From: Hyphomicrobiales bacterium
GTDB lineage: Bacteria; Pseudomonadota; Alphaproteobacteria; Rhizobiales; JANPGK01
NCBI GenBank assembly: GCA_031423895.1
Contig: JANPGK010000002.1
Coordinates: 20,837-84,836 of the forward strand
DNA: 64,000 nt
Direction of reading: 5' to 3'
Both the position numbers and the translations under genes were made by a program. Shown here one piece after another: positions 30,062 to 40,288 of the stretch (position 1 is its first letter; each line of letters starts with the position of its first letter). The notes beneath the pieces were generated by a model. The model searched no databases, had not been told where the DNA came from, and saw only the letters and a list, made by a program, of their open reading frames with translations.

Positions 30062-31066
30062 ATGAATCAGGATTCACCACAGCCCACGCGGGGGTTTCTA
30101 TCGCGCATCATTGGTTTGTTTTCTCACGCCAGCGCCACGAGCTTACGGCAAGACCTTGAATATGCACTAAAAACGGATCAAGTTGAGGAAGGGCAAGCCT
30201 TTTCACCCGAGGAGCGCGCATTGTTGAAGAACGTGCTGCGGCTCAACCGCATCCGCGTGATCGATGTGATGCTGCCGCGTGCCGATATTGTGGCGGTGGA
30301 ACAAAATATTACACTGCAAGAATTGTTGCAAATCTATCGCGAAGCGGGCCATTCGCGCTTGCCCGTGTATCGCGGCACGCTTGATGACCCATTGGGCATG
30401 GTGCATATTCGCGATTTTGTGACCCATATTAGTACTGAACGGCCAATGGCTGAAACGGGCACCAAAAGCGCGATTGCCGCAGCGGCCTTCCACCAACATG
30501 TGGATATGGGCGCCACATTGGCGCGGGCGCGCATCACCCGCCCTGTTTTATTTGTGCCCTCCTCGGTGCCCGCGCTAGAACTTTTGGGGCAAATGCAAGC
30601 CACGCGCATCCATATGGCGCTGGTAATCGACGAATATGGTGGCACTGAAGGCATTGTTTCCATTGAAGATTTGGTGGAAACTGTGGTGGGCGATATTGAA
30701 GATGAACATGATGAGGTTGAGGCGCAATTCATCATCAAAACGCTGCACGGCATCATTGCCGATGCTCGCGCCCCGCTTGAAGATGTAGCGCACGCATGCG
30801 GATTTCATATCGACACGCCCGACTGGGCACTCGCAATCGAAGAGGTCGATACACTTGCGGGTTTATTGATCACACTTGCGGGGCGTGTGCCTGTGCGCGG
30901 AGAGCTAATAGCAGGCCCTGCGGGCACAGAGTTTGAAATTTTGGATGCCGACCCAAAGCGAATCAAGCGTGTGCGGATTAAATTGCCCCGCTCAAGTGAT
31001 GCTGTGAACGCGCTGGCACCAATCACAAAACCAATGCTTGAAACCGTACCCCAAATCACATCATAA
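30062..31066 (+). CDS. corC: CorC/TlyC family protein (CBS pair plus CorC_HlyC domain)
   Basis: VMLPRADIVAV, CBS pair, LVIDEYGGTEGIVSIEDL. Start at the ATG MNQDSPQ. Confidence 0.85.
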   Translation: MNQDSPQPTRGFLSRIIGLFSHASATSLRQDLEYALKTDQVEEGQAFSPEERALLKNVLRLNRIRVIDVMLPRADIVAVEQNITLQELLQIYREAGHSRLPVYRGTLDDPLGMVHIRDFVTHISTERPMAETGTKSAIAAAAFHQHVDMGATLARARITRPVLFVPSSVPALELLGQMQATRIHMALVIDEYGGTEGIVSIEDLVETVVGDIEDEHDEVEAQFIIKTLHGIIADARAPLEDVAHACGFHIDTPDWALAIEEVDTLAGLLITLAGRVPVRGELIAGPAGTEFEILDADPKRIKRVRIKLPRSSDAVNALAPITKPMLETVPQITS

Positions 31067-31101
31067 CATGTGGTACATTTCCAATCGAAGATCGGACTCC
31101 T

Positions 31102-32712
31102 GTGTTGTTATCGCGTATTGATACGATTGCTCAATATTTGATCCTCTCCTTTGGCTGGGGGCGGCTGGCGCTTGCCTGCCTGCTGGGAGCGATTGCGGCA
31201 CTGGCGCAGGCACCATTCCACCTTTTTCCTGCCATGATCGTGGCGTTTTCTGGCTTGGTGTGGATTCTCGATGGTGCTGTGAGTGACCAAATTGGACGAT
31301 CTAATACCAAAACAGCGTTCGGAATTGGGTGGGCATTTGGGCTGGGGTATTTTCTGGCAGGGCTGTATTGGATTGGATATGCGTTTTTGGTGGAGGCGCA
31401 AGATTTCGCCATTCTCATGCCATTTGCAGTGCTGGGGTTATGCGGTGGATTAGCGATATTCTTTGGTGCAGCTACCGTTTGCGCGCGTTGGTTTTGGAGC
31501 TCAAGCGGCACACGGATCATTTCATTGGCACTATTTTTCACTGCATTTGAATGGTTGCGTGGCAATATCCTCACTGGCTTTCCATGGAATGCGCTTGGGT
31601 ATGGCCTCGCGTTTAACGACACATTCTCGCAGGGCACATCGCTTATCGGCATTTGGGGCTATACATTTGTGGCACTATTACTGGCCACTATCCCCGCCAT
31701 CGTGCTCGACCGCCATTATAAAGCCTTCAATTGGGTGCTCTATTGCACCGCAATCGCACTGGTGGCCGCTTTGACACTATATGGATATGCGCGGCTGAAT
31801 ACATCCCTCACTGAGGCTGAAACAAGCACACAACACATCCGCCCCACCGTGCGGATTGTGCAGCCGAATATTGATCAAAAAACCATACAACGCGGCAATA
31901 CCAATGATAAAGCGCTGCAATTTCAAGCCCTCATGGCGCTTAGCCTCGCCAATCCAACGCCAAACGCGGCCCCGCCTGCACTTATTGTGTGGCCTGAAAC
32001 GGCCTATCCCTATTTATGGGAGCACCACCCAGAACTACTGGCCGACATCAAAACCATGCAGCAAAATACCAGTGTGCTGGTAACGGGCGTGCATCGCAAG
32101 GAACAAGGCGGCGCAGCAGGTGTGAAATATTACAACAGTCTCTATGCGCTCGACCCACAAGGCCGCATTCATAGCGTGTATGATAAAATTCACCTCGTGC
32201 CGTTCGGTGAATATCTACCATTTCAAGATGTGCTTGAGTCTCTGGGCATCGAGCAACTCACGCGGCTATTGGGTGGGTTTAGTGTTGGTAAGCAGCGCGA
32301 ACCCCTTTCAATTGCAGGACTGCCGTCCTTCACACCATTGATTTGTTATGAAGCTATTTTTCCTGATGAAATTTTGGCTGGCCAAAAACGTCCCGATTAT
32401 CTGCTCCACATCACCAATGATGGCTGGTTTGGTGCATCAACGGGGCCGCATCAACATTTACATCAAACCAAAATTCGCGCCATCGAGCACGGTTTGCCCA
32501 TCATTCGTGCGGCCAACACGGGCATTTCCGCAATTATTGACCCATATGGCCGCACCATTGCCTCGCTGGCACTCAATCGACACGGCGTTGTTGAGGGCAC
32601 GATACCAAATCCTATAGATGCGCCACCCTATACACAGCTTGATGAGTTGCTTTTTTATGCAGCTATGTTGTTAGGATTGGTTATTGCACTGATTGGCAAA
32701 AGATATAAATAA
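31102..32712 (+). CDS. lnt: apolipoprotein N-acyltransferase
   Basis: Multi-TM N-terminus and a CN-hydrolase domain with WPE, ICYEAIFPD and NDGWF. GTG start. Confidence 0.9.
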   Translation: MLLSRIDTIAQYLILSFGWGRLALACLLGAIAALAQAPFHLFPAMIVAFSGLVWILDGAVSDQIGRSNTKTAFGIGWAFGLGYFLAGLYWIGYAFLVEAQDFAILMPFAVLGLCGGLAIFFGAATVCARWFWSSSGTRIISLALFFTAFEWLRGNILTGFPWNALGYGLAFNDTFSQGTSLIGIWGYTFVALLLATIPAIVLDRHYKAFNWVLYCTAIALVAALTLYGYARLNTSLTEAETSTQHIRPTVRIVQPNIDQKTIQRGNTNDKALQFQALMALSLANPTPNAAPPALIVWPETAYPYLWEHHPELLADIKTMQQNTSVLVTGVHRKEQGGAAGVKYYNSLYALDPQGRIHSVYDKIHLVPFGEYLPFQDVLESLGIEQLTRLLGGFSVGKQREPLSIAGLPSFTPLICYEAIFPDEILAGQKRPDYLLHITNDGWFGASTGPHQHLHQTKIRAIEHGLPIIRAANTGISAIIDPYGRTIASLALNRHGVVEGTIPNPIDAPPYTQLDELLFYAAMLLGLVIALIGKRYK

Positions 32713-32890
32713 TACAAAAGGATAGATCTTTATGATTATATTATAATTTTAGTGATTAAAGTTGTGAAATAAAAAAACTTATCCAAAGGAATTTTATCTA
32801 TTGACATTATTTGCCTTATTATATACACAATTTGACACCTTATGTTTTAATATGATACACAAAAAACTAGATAGATAATAGGAGTCGACC

Positions 32891-33292
32891 GTGTCGCGTA
32901 AAAAAGGACCTAATGATACTGATATTCACGTTGGCGCACGCATACGTGCGCGCAGAATTCTGATGAGCATGAGCCAAGAAAAACTGGGCGAAGCCTTAGG
33001 GGTTACTTTTCAGCAAGTTCAAAAATATGAAAAAGGTGTCAATCGTATTGGTGCAGGGCGTTTGCACCAAATTGCAGATATGCTCGCTGTGCCAATTTCG
33101 TTTTTTTATGATGGACTCCCATCTGATTTGATCGAGCCAGAAGGTGGACTACGTGATAGTGCCGCCCTTGCTTACGACACAAATCTGAGCGCCGAAGAAG
33201 GCCGTATGCTGGTATCGTATTTCACCCGCATTCGCTCTTCACGCATGCGCCGCGCTTTGCTGGATATGGCGCGTTCGATGGCAGATGAATAA
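32891..33292 (+). CDS. XRE family helix-turn-helix transcriptional regulator
   Basis: MSQEKLGEALGVTFQQVQKYEKGVNRI HTH. Conserved alphaproteobacterial position between lnt and metK. Confidence 0.8.
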   Translation: MSRKKGPNDTDIHVGARIRARRILMSMSQEKLGEALGVTFQQVQKYEKGVNRIGAGRLHQIADMLAVPISFFYDGLPSDLIEPEGGLRDSAALAYDTNLSAEEGRMLVSYFTRIRSSRMRRALLDMARSMADE

Positions 33293-33383
33293 TTTATTCT
33301 CATTGCATAATTGCCCTTGACTCTGGGTGCGTTCGTTTGCAAGAACGAGCGCAATTCAATATGATCACGTCAAGGAGCATCCT

Positions 33384-34553
33384 ATGCGTCAAAATTACTT
33401 ATTTACCTCTGAATCAGTTTCAGAAGGCCATCCTGATAAAGTATGTGACCGTATATCGGATGAGGTCGTTGATCTATTCCTTTCGGCTATGCCTGAAGCG
33501 CGCGTGGCGTGCGAAACCCTGTGCACTACAAACCGCGTGGTCATTGCTGGCGAAGTGCGCGGGCCCGATAGCATCACACCCGATATGATTGTGGAAAAAG
33601 CCCGCATGGCCATTAAGGACATCGGCTATGAGCAAGAAGGCTTTCACTGGAAACATGCCAGCGTTGATGTGCATTTACATGCGCAGTCGGCTGATATTGC
33701 GCAAGGCGTGGATGCCGCAGGCAATAAAGATGAAGGCGCGGGCGACCAAGGCATTATGTTTGGCTATGCCTGCAACGAAACCGATGTGCTGATGCCAGCC
33801 CCCATTCAATATTCACACGCAATTTTGCGCCGTTTGGCGCAAGTGCGCAAAAACGGCACAGAAAAAACACTTGGCCCCGATGCAAAAAGCCAAGTTTCTG
33901 TGCGCTATGTGAACGGTAAGCCAGTGAGCATTGCCTCCATTGTGCTGTCCACTCAACATTTGGATGAAAAGCAAACATCGCAAGACATCCGCGCCATCAC
34001 CGAGCCTTATATTATGGAAGTATTGCCACAAGGTTGGGTGACCAAAGAGACTGAATGGCACATCAACCCAACCGGCAAATTCGTAATCGGTGGGCCAGAT
34101 GGTGACGCAGGCCTCACAGGGCGCAAAATTATTGTGGATACATACGGCGGTGCGGCTCCACACGGCGGCGGTGCGTTCTCAGGCAAAGACCCCACAAAAG
34201 TAGATCGCTCAGCTGCTTATGCCGCGCGCTATTTGGCCAAAAATGTGGTCGCGGCGGGCTTGTCCGACCGTTGCACCATTCAGCTGGCCTATGCCATCGG
34301 CGTGGCCAAACCATTGGCAGTGTATGTGGATTTTCACGGGACTGGCCATGTGGATGAAGCCAAGGTGGAATTGATCTTGCCACAAATTATGGATCTGACT
34401 CCACGTGGCATTCGCACGCATTTGAAGCTCAACCGCCCAATTTATGCCCGCACAGCCGCCTATGGCCACTTTGGCCGCATGCCCGATGCGGACGGCGGCT
34501 TCTCATGGGAAGCCACAAACCTTGTGGATGAACTGAAGCGTTCTATCGCCTAA
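33384..34553 (+). CDS. metK: S-adenosylmethionine synthase
   Basis: [24 protein letters not shown] and GGGAFSGKD motifs. Start at [12 protein letters not shown]. Confidence 0.97.
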   Translation: MRQNYLFTSESVSEGHPDKVCDRISDEVVDLFLSAMPEARVACETLCTTNRVVIAGEVRGPDSITPDMIVEKARMAIKDIGYEQEGFHWKHASVDVHLHAQSADIAQGVDAAGNKDEGAGDQGIMFGYACNETDVLMPAPIQYSHAILRRLAQVRKNGTEKTLGPDAKSQVSVRYVNGKPVSIASIVLSTQHLDEKQTSQDIRAITEPYIMEVLPQGWVTKETEWHINPTGKFVIGGPDGDAGLTGRKIIVDTYGGAAPHGGGAFSGKDPTKVDRSAAYAARYLAKNVVAAGLSDRCTIQLAYAIGVAKPLAVYVDFHGTGHVDEAKVELILPQIMDLTPRGIRTHLKLNRPIYARTAAYGHFGRMPDADGGFSWEATNLVDELKRSIA

Positions 34554-34574
34554 GCCGTTTCGTATCAAAATTTA

Positions 34575-34608
34575 AGCGCATATAGGGCAACTCATATGCG
34601 CTTTTTTT
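34575..34608 (+). terminator. intrinsic terminator after metK
   Basis: agcgcatat ... atatgcgct stem followed by ttttttt. Overlaps the stop of the convergent qor. Confidence 0.7.
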
Positions 34609-35617
34609 ATTCCACCACCAGCACCAATTTGCCCAACACCGCGCCATTTTCCAGCGCGACATGGGCTGCGGCCGCCTGCGCGAGGGGGTAAGTGCCAAAC
34701 ACTTGCGGTGCAATACGCCCTGCCTCCACATGCGGCATCATATGCTGCACAACCGCCTGCACCATAGCGGATTTATCGGCAATTGAACGGCTGCGCAGCG
34801 TGCTGCCCGTGTGGGTGAGGCGCTTGAGCATCAGGCGGCTAAAATCCACCTGCGCCACATTGCCAGCTTGGAACGCTATGTTCACAATGCGCCCGTCCAC
34901 CGCCGCCGACGCATAATTTTGGCCGATATAAGCCCCGCCCACCATGTCGAGGGTTACATCGGCGCCATGCCCATTAGTGGCGGCCTTCACAGCAGGGGCA
35001 AATTCTGGTGTGGTGAGGGTGTCGATCACTTCATCTGCGCCCATTTTCGCTGCAAATGCGCATTTTTCTGCGCCACGCGCCGTGGCCACCACATGTGCGC
35101 CCCACGCTTTGCCCATTTGAATGGCCATTGCCCCAATCCCTGAATTGCCGCCATGCACTAGCAACCATTCCCCTGGCTGCAGCTGTCCACGCTCAAACAC
35201 ATTATGCCACACAGTCACCAAGCCCTCCGGCAATGCAGCGGCTTGCACCATCGATAGTCCCGAGGGGAGCGCCATACACACATCCTCATGCGCGCGGCAC
35301 ACAGTGGCATAGCCACCGCTGGCTACCAGTGCCATCACGCAATCATCCACCTGCCAACGCGTCACCTGCGCACCAACGGCAACAATTTTGCCTACAACTT
35401 CTAACCCCAACACATCACTTTCACCCGATGGTGGCGGATAATGGCCTTGTCGCTGCCAAATATCGGCGCGATTTACTCCTGCGGCATGCACAGCAATTAA
35501 CACCTCATGCGCACCCAAAACTAGCAATGGCCGCGTTGCCAATTGCAGCACATCGGCTGTACCAGCGCAAATTGCAATAATGCCTTGAAATGTCTTAAAA
35601 TTATCGTGCATGTTCAT
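34607..35617 (-). CDS. qor: NAD(P)H quinone oxidoreductase (zinc-type ADH superfamily)
   Basis: GVNRADIWQRQGHYPPP and VHGGNSGIGAMAIQ motifs. Start set at the ATG preceded by AAGGTG. Confidence 0.85.
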   Translation of the reverse strand: MNMHDNFKTFQGIIAICAGTADVLQLATRPLLVLGAHEVLIAVHAAGVNRADIWQRQGHYPPPSGESDVLGLEVVGKIVAVGAQVTRWQVDDCVMALVASGGYATVCRAHEDVCMALPSGLSMVQAAALPEGLVTVWHNVFERGQLQPGEWLLVHGGNSGIGAMAIQMGKAWGAHVVATARGAEKCAFAAKMGADEVIDTLTTPEFAPAVKAATNGHGADVTLDMVGGAYIGQNYASAAVDGRIVNIAFQAGNVAQVDFSRLMLKRLTHTGSTLRSRSIADKSAMVQAVVQHMMPHVEAGRIAPQVFGTYPLAQAAAAHVALENGAVLGKLVLVVE

Positions 35618-35685
35618 ATTCACCTTCACACAGCATCAAGGATGTGGCACACAATGGTAAACCACACATTAACGGAGTGTTAACC

Positions 35686-35874
35686 ATGGAAGCGGATGAC
35701 GTAAAGAAAATTACGAAAGCCTACACACTAGGTGACCCACTTGATGCATTGAGTGTGGCAGAAATTGAACAGCTGCTTATTGAAATTAATAATGAAATTC
35801 AAAGGCTTAATGATTCTCTAGCGAAAAAAAATGCCCAGAAACTTGCTGCAGAAGCCATTTTCAAAACAAATTGA
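35686..35874 (+). CDS. DUF1192 family protein
   Basis: LDALSVAEIEQLLIEINNEIQRLN pattern. Adjacent to the DUF1465 gene, as in other alphaproteobacteria. Confidence 0.65.
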   Translation: MEADDVKKITKAYTLGDPLDALSVAEIEQLLIEINNEIQRLNDSLAKKNAQKLAAEAIFKTN

Positions 35875-35886
35875 GCTATTAACGCA

Positions 35887-35901
35887 TTAACCTTTTGTTA
35901 A
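35887..35901 (+). promoter_or_regulatory. TTAA-N7-TTAA (CtrA-box-like) motif
   Basis: Exact ttaa-ccttttg-ttaa, upstream of the sRNA candidate and the rcdA-like gene. Could arise by chance in AT-rich DNA. Confidence 0.25.
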
Positions 35902-35904
35902 TCC

Positions 35905-36032
35905 CTCATATGTTAATTTCATAAGCATTGGTGTTCACACAGTTCGTGATGAAATCCTAAACAGTTTTAGAACTTGTTTGACGCCTCCCTGTCAGAAACT
36001 TTTCCAAACCACCCTACGGGGTGGTTTTTTTT
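35905..36032 (+). ncRNA. candidate small RNA (5' end not defined)
   Basis: Non-coding stretch ending in a strong intrinsic terminator. An internal hairpin at 35976..35999 presents a gcCUCCCu loop (anti-Shine-Dalgarno-like). Confidence 0.3.
36007..36032 (+). terminator. intrinsic terminator
   Basis: aaccaccc-tacg-gggtggtt stem followed by a T-run. Confidence 0.7.
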
Positions 36033-36128
36033 GTCATTAACCATCTCAATTCACCACATTGAGCGGTCTTGCTTTCAATTTTCGGTATTTTTTGCTATGG
36101 TGTCTGGATAGAGTTATTAGGAGTACCC

Positions 36129-36662
36129 ATGTCAACATTCACTCACCAGCCCAATCTTGCCGCCGATAACGCTGTGCAATTCGCATTGAAGCTTGTGAAT
36201 TCTGAGCAGTTCAAAACCCTGTTCAAAGATGGCATGAGCCTTGTGGAGCAAACCGCAAACTACCTTGATGGCCAAGGCCGCGCCGACAGCCGCGAGCTCA
36301 GCCGCATGGGGTCTATCGCCTATGCCACCGAAAGCATGCGCCTCACCACTCGTTTGATGCAATTGGCTTCGTGGCTATTGCTGCAACGCGCGGTGAATGA
36401 AGGTGAAATGACACTGGAGCAAGCGGGTAGCGAAAAAAACAAAATTCGCCTGCATACATTGCCCGCACCATCCAGCGATGTAATCCGTGAAGAACTGCCA
36501 GAAGGCCTGCTCGATTTAGTCGATCGTTCTGTACGCTTGCAAACCCGCATTCAATATTTAGATGATATGCTCTATTCAGATGAGCCCGCAGTGCTGGAAA
36601 CCGTGCCAAATGCCATCCACTCTGCCATGAGCTCATTGCAGGATGCATTTGGGCGGGCGTAA
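36129..36662 (+). CDS. rcdA: DUF1465 family protein (RcdA-like regulator of CtrA degradation)
   Basis: SIAYATESMRLTTRLMQLASWLLLQRAV block typical of DUF1465. Start at the ATG MSTFTHQ. Confidence 0.6.
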   Translation: MSTFTHQPNLAADNAVQFALKLVNSEQFKTLFKDGMSLVEQTANYLDGQGRADSRELSRMGSIAYATESMRLTTRLMQLASWLLLQRAVNEGEMTLEQAGSEKNKIRLHTLPAPSSDVIREELPEGLLDLVDRSVRLQTRIQYLDDMLYSDEPAVLETVPNAIHSAMSSLQDAFGRA

Positions 36663-36705
36663 AAATCCTTGCAATTTCTGATGAATTGCTTAGGCTTTTT
36701 GCTGC

Positions 36706-39700
36706 ATGATCCTTTCCGACCTTTCCATTCGCCGCCCTGTGCTGGCCACCGTTATGAACCTGCTATTGGTCGTGCTGGGGTTAGGTGCGGTGATGAAATT
36801 ACCAGTGCGCGAATACCCCGCGATCGACCCGCCGATTGTGTCTATCACCACCGTATATAAAGGTGCGGCCAACACGGTGATCGAGGCGCAAATCACGCAA
36901 ATTGTGGAAAATGCCGTGGCAGGGCTTGAGGGGATCAAAGAAATCACCTCCTCCAGCCAGGATGAACGCTCCAATGTCACAGTAGAATTCAACGCGGGTC
37001 GCAATATCGATTCCGCCGCCGCCGATGTGCGCGACCGCGTGTCCCGCGTGATTGGCCGCCTGCCCGATGGTGTGGAAACCCCGATTGTGGCCAAAGCCGA
37101 TGCCAACTCATCCGCCATGTTGTGGGTGGGCATTTCCAGCACCGCGATGGACCCTTTAGAGCTCACCGATTATTTACGCCGCAATGTGGTGGATCGGCTT
37201 TCAACAGTTGATGGCGTGGCGTCCATCACCGTGGGGGGCGAGCGCCGCTATGCCCTGCGCATCACGCTCGACCCCGCCGCCTTGCAAGCGCGCAACCTCA
37301 CCCCACTCGACATTGAACGGGTGATCAAAGCCAACACCACCGACCGTCCCTCAGGCCGTCTCACACTCTCGCAGCGGGAGCTCACCATCAAAACCGACGT
37401 GCGCTTGGCCAAACCAGAAGATTACACCAAGCTGGTGGTAGCCAAGCAAGGCGGCCAGCTGGTAACCTTGGGCGAAGTGGCCAAGGTTGTGGTGGGCGCC
37501 GAGGATGAACGCTATGCGCTGTATTCCAGCGGCACACCCGCCATCGCGCTGGGTGTGGTGCGGCAATCCACCGCCAATACATTATCGGTGGCAGAAGGTG
37601 TGCGCAAAATTCTGGCCGAGGTGGAGCCCACCCTGCCCGCTGGCACCGACATGAAAATTCTCTATGATGAAAGCCGCTTTGTCGATGCGTCAATTAAGGG
37701 TGTAACCGCCGCCCTGTTCGAGGGAATCATTCTGGTGGTAATTGTGATGTGGCTGTTTTTGCGCTCCATTCGTGCCACGTTGATTGCGGCCATTGCCATT
37801 CCCGTATCGTTGATCGCCTCGTTCATGGCGTTTTCCACCTTTAATTTCTCCATTAATGTGCTCACTTTGCTCGCAATTGTGCTGGCGGTGGGGATTGTGG
37901 TGGACGATGCGATTGTGGTGATCGAAAACGTATTCCGCAAGCTAGAGGCAGGCCTTGCCCCCAAACTCGCCGCAATTGAGGGATCACGCGAGATTGGATT
38001 TGCCGTGATCGCCACCACATTGTCACTTGTTGCGGTGTTTTTGCCGCTCTCGATGATGCCGGGCCGCACGGGGCAATTGTTCCGCGAATTTGGCGTTGTG
38101 CTCGCGGTCGCCATCGCGTTTTCAGGCTTTTTGGCACTCACGCTCACGCCCATGTTGTGCTCAAAATTGCTGCGCGCAAGTGATGCGAAAGCGGTGCACC
38201 ATGAGGCGGGAAAGCCGCAACCCAAATGGATTGCATGGTATGAAGCCGCATTAAAAACCATTTTGAGTACACCGCGCATTGCCATAATTGTGGGTTTGGG
38301 CATTGCCATTGCCGCAGGGGCGTTGTTTGCGCTACTGAAAAAAGAATTTGCGCCCATTGAAGACCGTGCCACCATCATCACACGTGTAAATGCGCCAGAA
38401 GGGGCTTCCGCTGCCTATACCCGCCGCCAAATGGAGCAGGTGGAAGCAATTGTGCAGCCTTATATCAAAAGCGGTGTGGTCGATAATATGCTCTCGATCC
38501 TTGCGCCTGGGTTGCAGCGCCCCGCCCCAGTGAACTCGGGCCTTGTGCTGGTGCGCCTCAAACCATGGGGCGAGCGCACAATGAAGCAGCAAGAACTGCA
38601 CGCGAAAATTGCCCCTGCCATTTCCGCAATTCCGGGCGCACGGGCGTTTCCGGTCAACCCGCCATCGCTGGGGCAAAGCTTCACTGCGCAACCTGTGCAA
38701 TTTGTGCTGCTGGGGCCAGAATATGAAACGCTCAAGCAATGGCGCGATGTGATGCTAGAAAAAGCCCTCGCCAGCGGCAAATTTGCCAATATCGAAAGCG
38801 ATTTCCGCGAGTCTCAGCCCGATCTGAAAGTACAAATCAACCGCGCGCTGGTGGCCGATTTGAACCTCACCCCGCTCGATATCACCAACACGCTGGAATT
38901 ATTATATGGTGAACGCCAAGTGGGCACATTTCTGTTTAACGGGCAGGAATATGTGGTGCTCACACAGGCCAATGATAAGGACAACGCCCTGCCCTCGCGC
39001 CTGAATAGCTTGATGATCCGCAACACTACTGGCACGCTGATTCCCATGGGCACGTTTATGAATTTGCAAGAAAGCGCGGGGCCGCAAACGCTGAATCGCG
39101 TCACCCGCCTGCGCGCCATCACGCTGCAGGGCACGCCTGCGGTTGGGGTGTCATTGGGCGAGGCCATCACCACGCTGGAAGCGCTTCATAAGCAAAACCT
39201 ACCCACCACGGCGCAAAGCACGCTACAGGGGCAATCGCGCGAGTTCCGCGAAAGTTCAAACGCGGTATGGCTCACCTTTGCATTTGCGCTATTGATTGTC
39301 TATTTGGTGCTGGCGGCGCAGTTTGAATCGTGGCTCGACCCTTTCATCATCCTCACCTCGGTGCCATTGGCGCTGGCGGGTGGGTTTTTGGCACTATGGC
39401 TCACGGGCAATACGCTGAATATTTACAGCCAAATCGGTCTGGTGTTGCTCATCGGCCTGTTGGCGAAAAACGGCATTCTCATTGTCGAATTTGCCAACCA
39501 GCGCATGGAACAAGGCGCCCGCGTGGCAGATGCCGCATTTGAAGCCGCCTGCACCCGCCTGCGCCCCATTGTAATGACCTCCATCGCCACCATTTTAGGG
39601 GCTGTACCGCTGATTTTGTCAAGCGGCGCGGGGGCCGAAAGCCGCGCCAGTATTGGCGTGGTGGTAGTGGGCGGCATGTTGCTGTCCACCGCGCTCAGCC

Positions 39701-39744
39701 TGTTTTTAGTGCCTGCATTATTGGTGAGCTGGAAGCGGGATTGA
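36706..39744 (+). CDS. RND family efflux transporter permease (AcrB-like)
   Basis: 1012 aa with the MILSDLSIRRPVLATV N-terminus, 12-TM layout and large periplasmic loops. Confidence 0.92.
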   Translation: MILSDLSIRRPVLATVMNLLLVVLGLGAVMKLPVREYPAIDPPIVSITTVYKGAANTVIEAQITQIVENAVAGLEGIKEITSSSQDERSNVTVEFNAGRNIDSAAADVRDRVSRVIGRLPDGVETPIVAKADANSSAMLWVGISSTAMDPLELTDYLRRNVVDRLSTVDGVASITVGGERRYALRITLDPAALQARNLTPLDIERVIKANTTDRPSGRLTLSQRELTIKTDVRLAKPEDYTKLVVAKQGGQLVTLGEVAKVVVGAEDERYALYSSGTPAIALGVVRQSTANTLSVAEGVRKILAEVEPTLPAGTDMKILYDESRFVDASIKGVTAALFEGIILVVIVMWLFLRSIRATLIAAIAIPVSLIASFMAFSTFNFSINVLTLLAIVLAVGIVVDDAIVVIENVFRKLEAGLAPKLAAIEGSREIGFAVIATTLSLVAVFLPLSMMPGRTGQLFREFGVVLAVAIAFSGFLALTLTPMLCSKLLRASDAKAVHHEAGKPQPKWIAWYEAALKTILSTPRIAIIVGLGIAIAAGALFALLKKEFAPIEDRATIITRVNAPEGASAAYTRRQMEQVEAIVQPYIKSGVVDNMLSILAPGLQRPAPVNSGLVLVRLKPWGERTMKQQELHAKIAPAISAIPGARAFPVNPPSLGQSFTAQPVQFVLLGPEYETLKQWRDVMLEKALASGKFANIESDFRESQPDLKVQINRALVADLNLTPLDITNTLELLYGERQVGTFLFNGQEYVVLTQANDKDNALPSRLNSLMIRNTTGTLIPMGTFMNLQESAGPQTLNRVTRLRAITLQGTPAVGVSLGEAITTLEALHKQNLPTTAQSTLQGQSREFRESSNAVWLTFAFALLIVYLVLAAQFESWLDPFIILTSVPLALAGGFLALWLTGNTLNIYSQIGLVLLIGLLAKNGILIVEFANQRMEQGARVADAAFEAACTRLRPIVMTSIATILGAVPLILSSGAGAESRASIGVVVVGGMLLSTALSLFLVPALLVSWKRD

Positions 39745-39790
39745 CGTGTTTATAAATTATTATAATATGACTCGATAACTGAGGGTTATA

Positions 39791-40258
39791 ATGAGTAAAA
39801 TTTGGGACACTATTATATGCACGCTTAAAGGTGATCTCTCCCTGCAAAATGAATTAGATGACACAATTGATCAGACTTTTCAATCTGCTCAAAAAAAAGC
39901 AAAAGCTGCGCATAATGTAATGCACACCAGAGCGCAAAATGTTTTTAATGCACTAGATGAAAGGCAAAAATACAACCGAAATATGCTTCGACATAATGAG
40001 CATCTTATTACGTTCAAGCCTAATGGGGAAACAGCTTCAAGAGAAATGGCAAAATTATACTATAATTCTACATATGAGAAAATAACAAAATACTATAAAA
40101 CATTTGATAAAAATTTCAAAACATATACGCTAGAGCAATGGCTCACGCGCGATGCATTTAGTAAAATCAAGCCGCTCATGTTGCTTGTTACAGCCGCTGC
40201 GAGCGCAACAGCCATGTGGCAAAAACATAACTCTTATAATCACCAAGGCCAAATTTAA
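39791..40258 (+). CDS. AT-rich tail-anchored protein, family A member 1
   Basis: N-terminal MSKIW, motif YYKTFDKNFKTYTLEQWL, then IKPLMLLVTAAASATAMW TM near the C-terminus. GAGGG upstream. Confidence 0.65.
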   Translation: MSKIWDTIICTLKGDLSLQNELDDTIDQTFQSAQKKAKAAHNVMHTRAQNVFNALDERQKYNRNMLRHNEHLITFKPNGETASREMAKLYYNSTYEKITKYYKTFDKNFKTYTLEQWLTRDAFSKIKPLMLLVTAAASATAMWQKHNSYNHQGQI

Positions 40259-40288
40259 CCCGATTATTATTCTTAAGGGTATATTCTA

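Noticed and set aside
32713-32890. Sigma70-like TTGACA hexamers in the AT-rich spacer upstream of the XRE regulator as promoters.
   Set aside because: Two TTGACA matches exist, but neither has a convincing -10 hexamer at proper spacing. They are not called without transcription start data.
33293-33383. Possible SAM riboswitch in the metK leader.
   Set aside because: I could not recognise SAM-II/SAM-V-like conserved segments or a convincing pseudoknot by eye. Only a weak hairpin is present, and a covariance-model scan would be needed.
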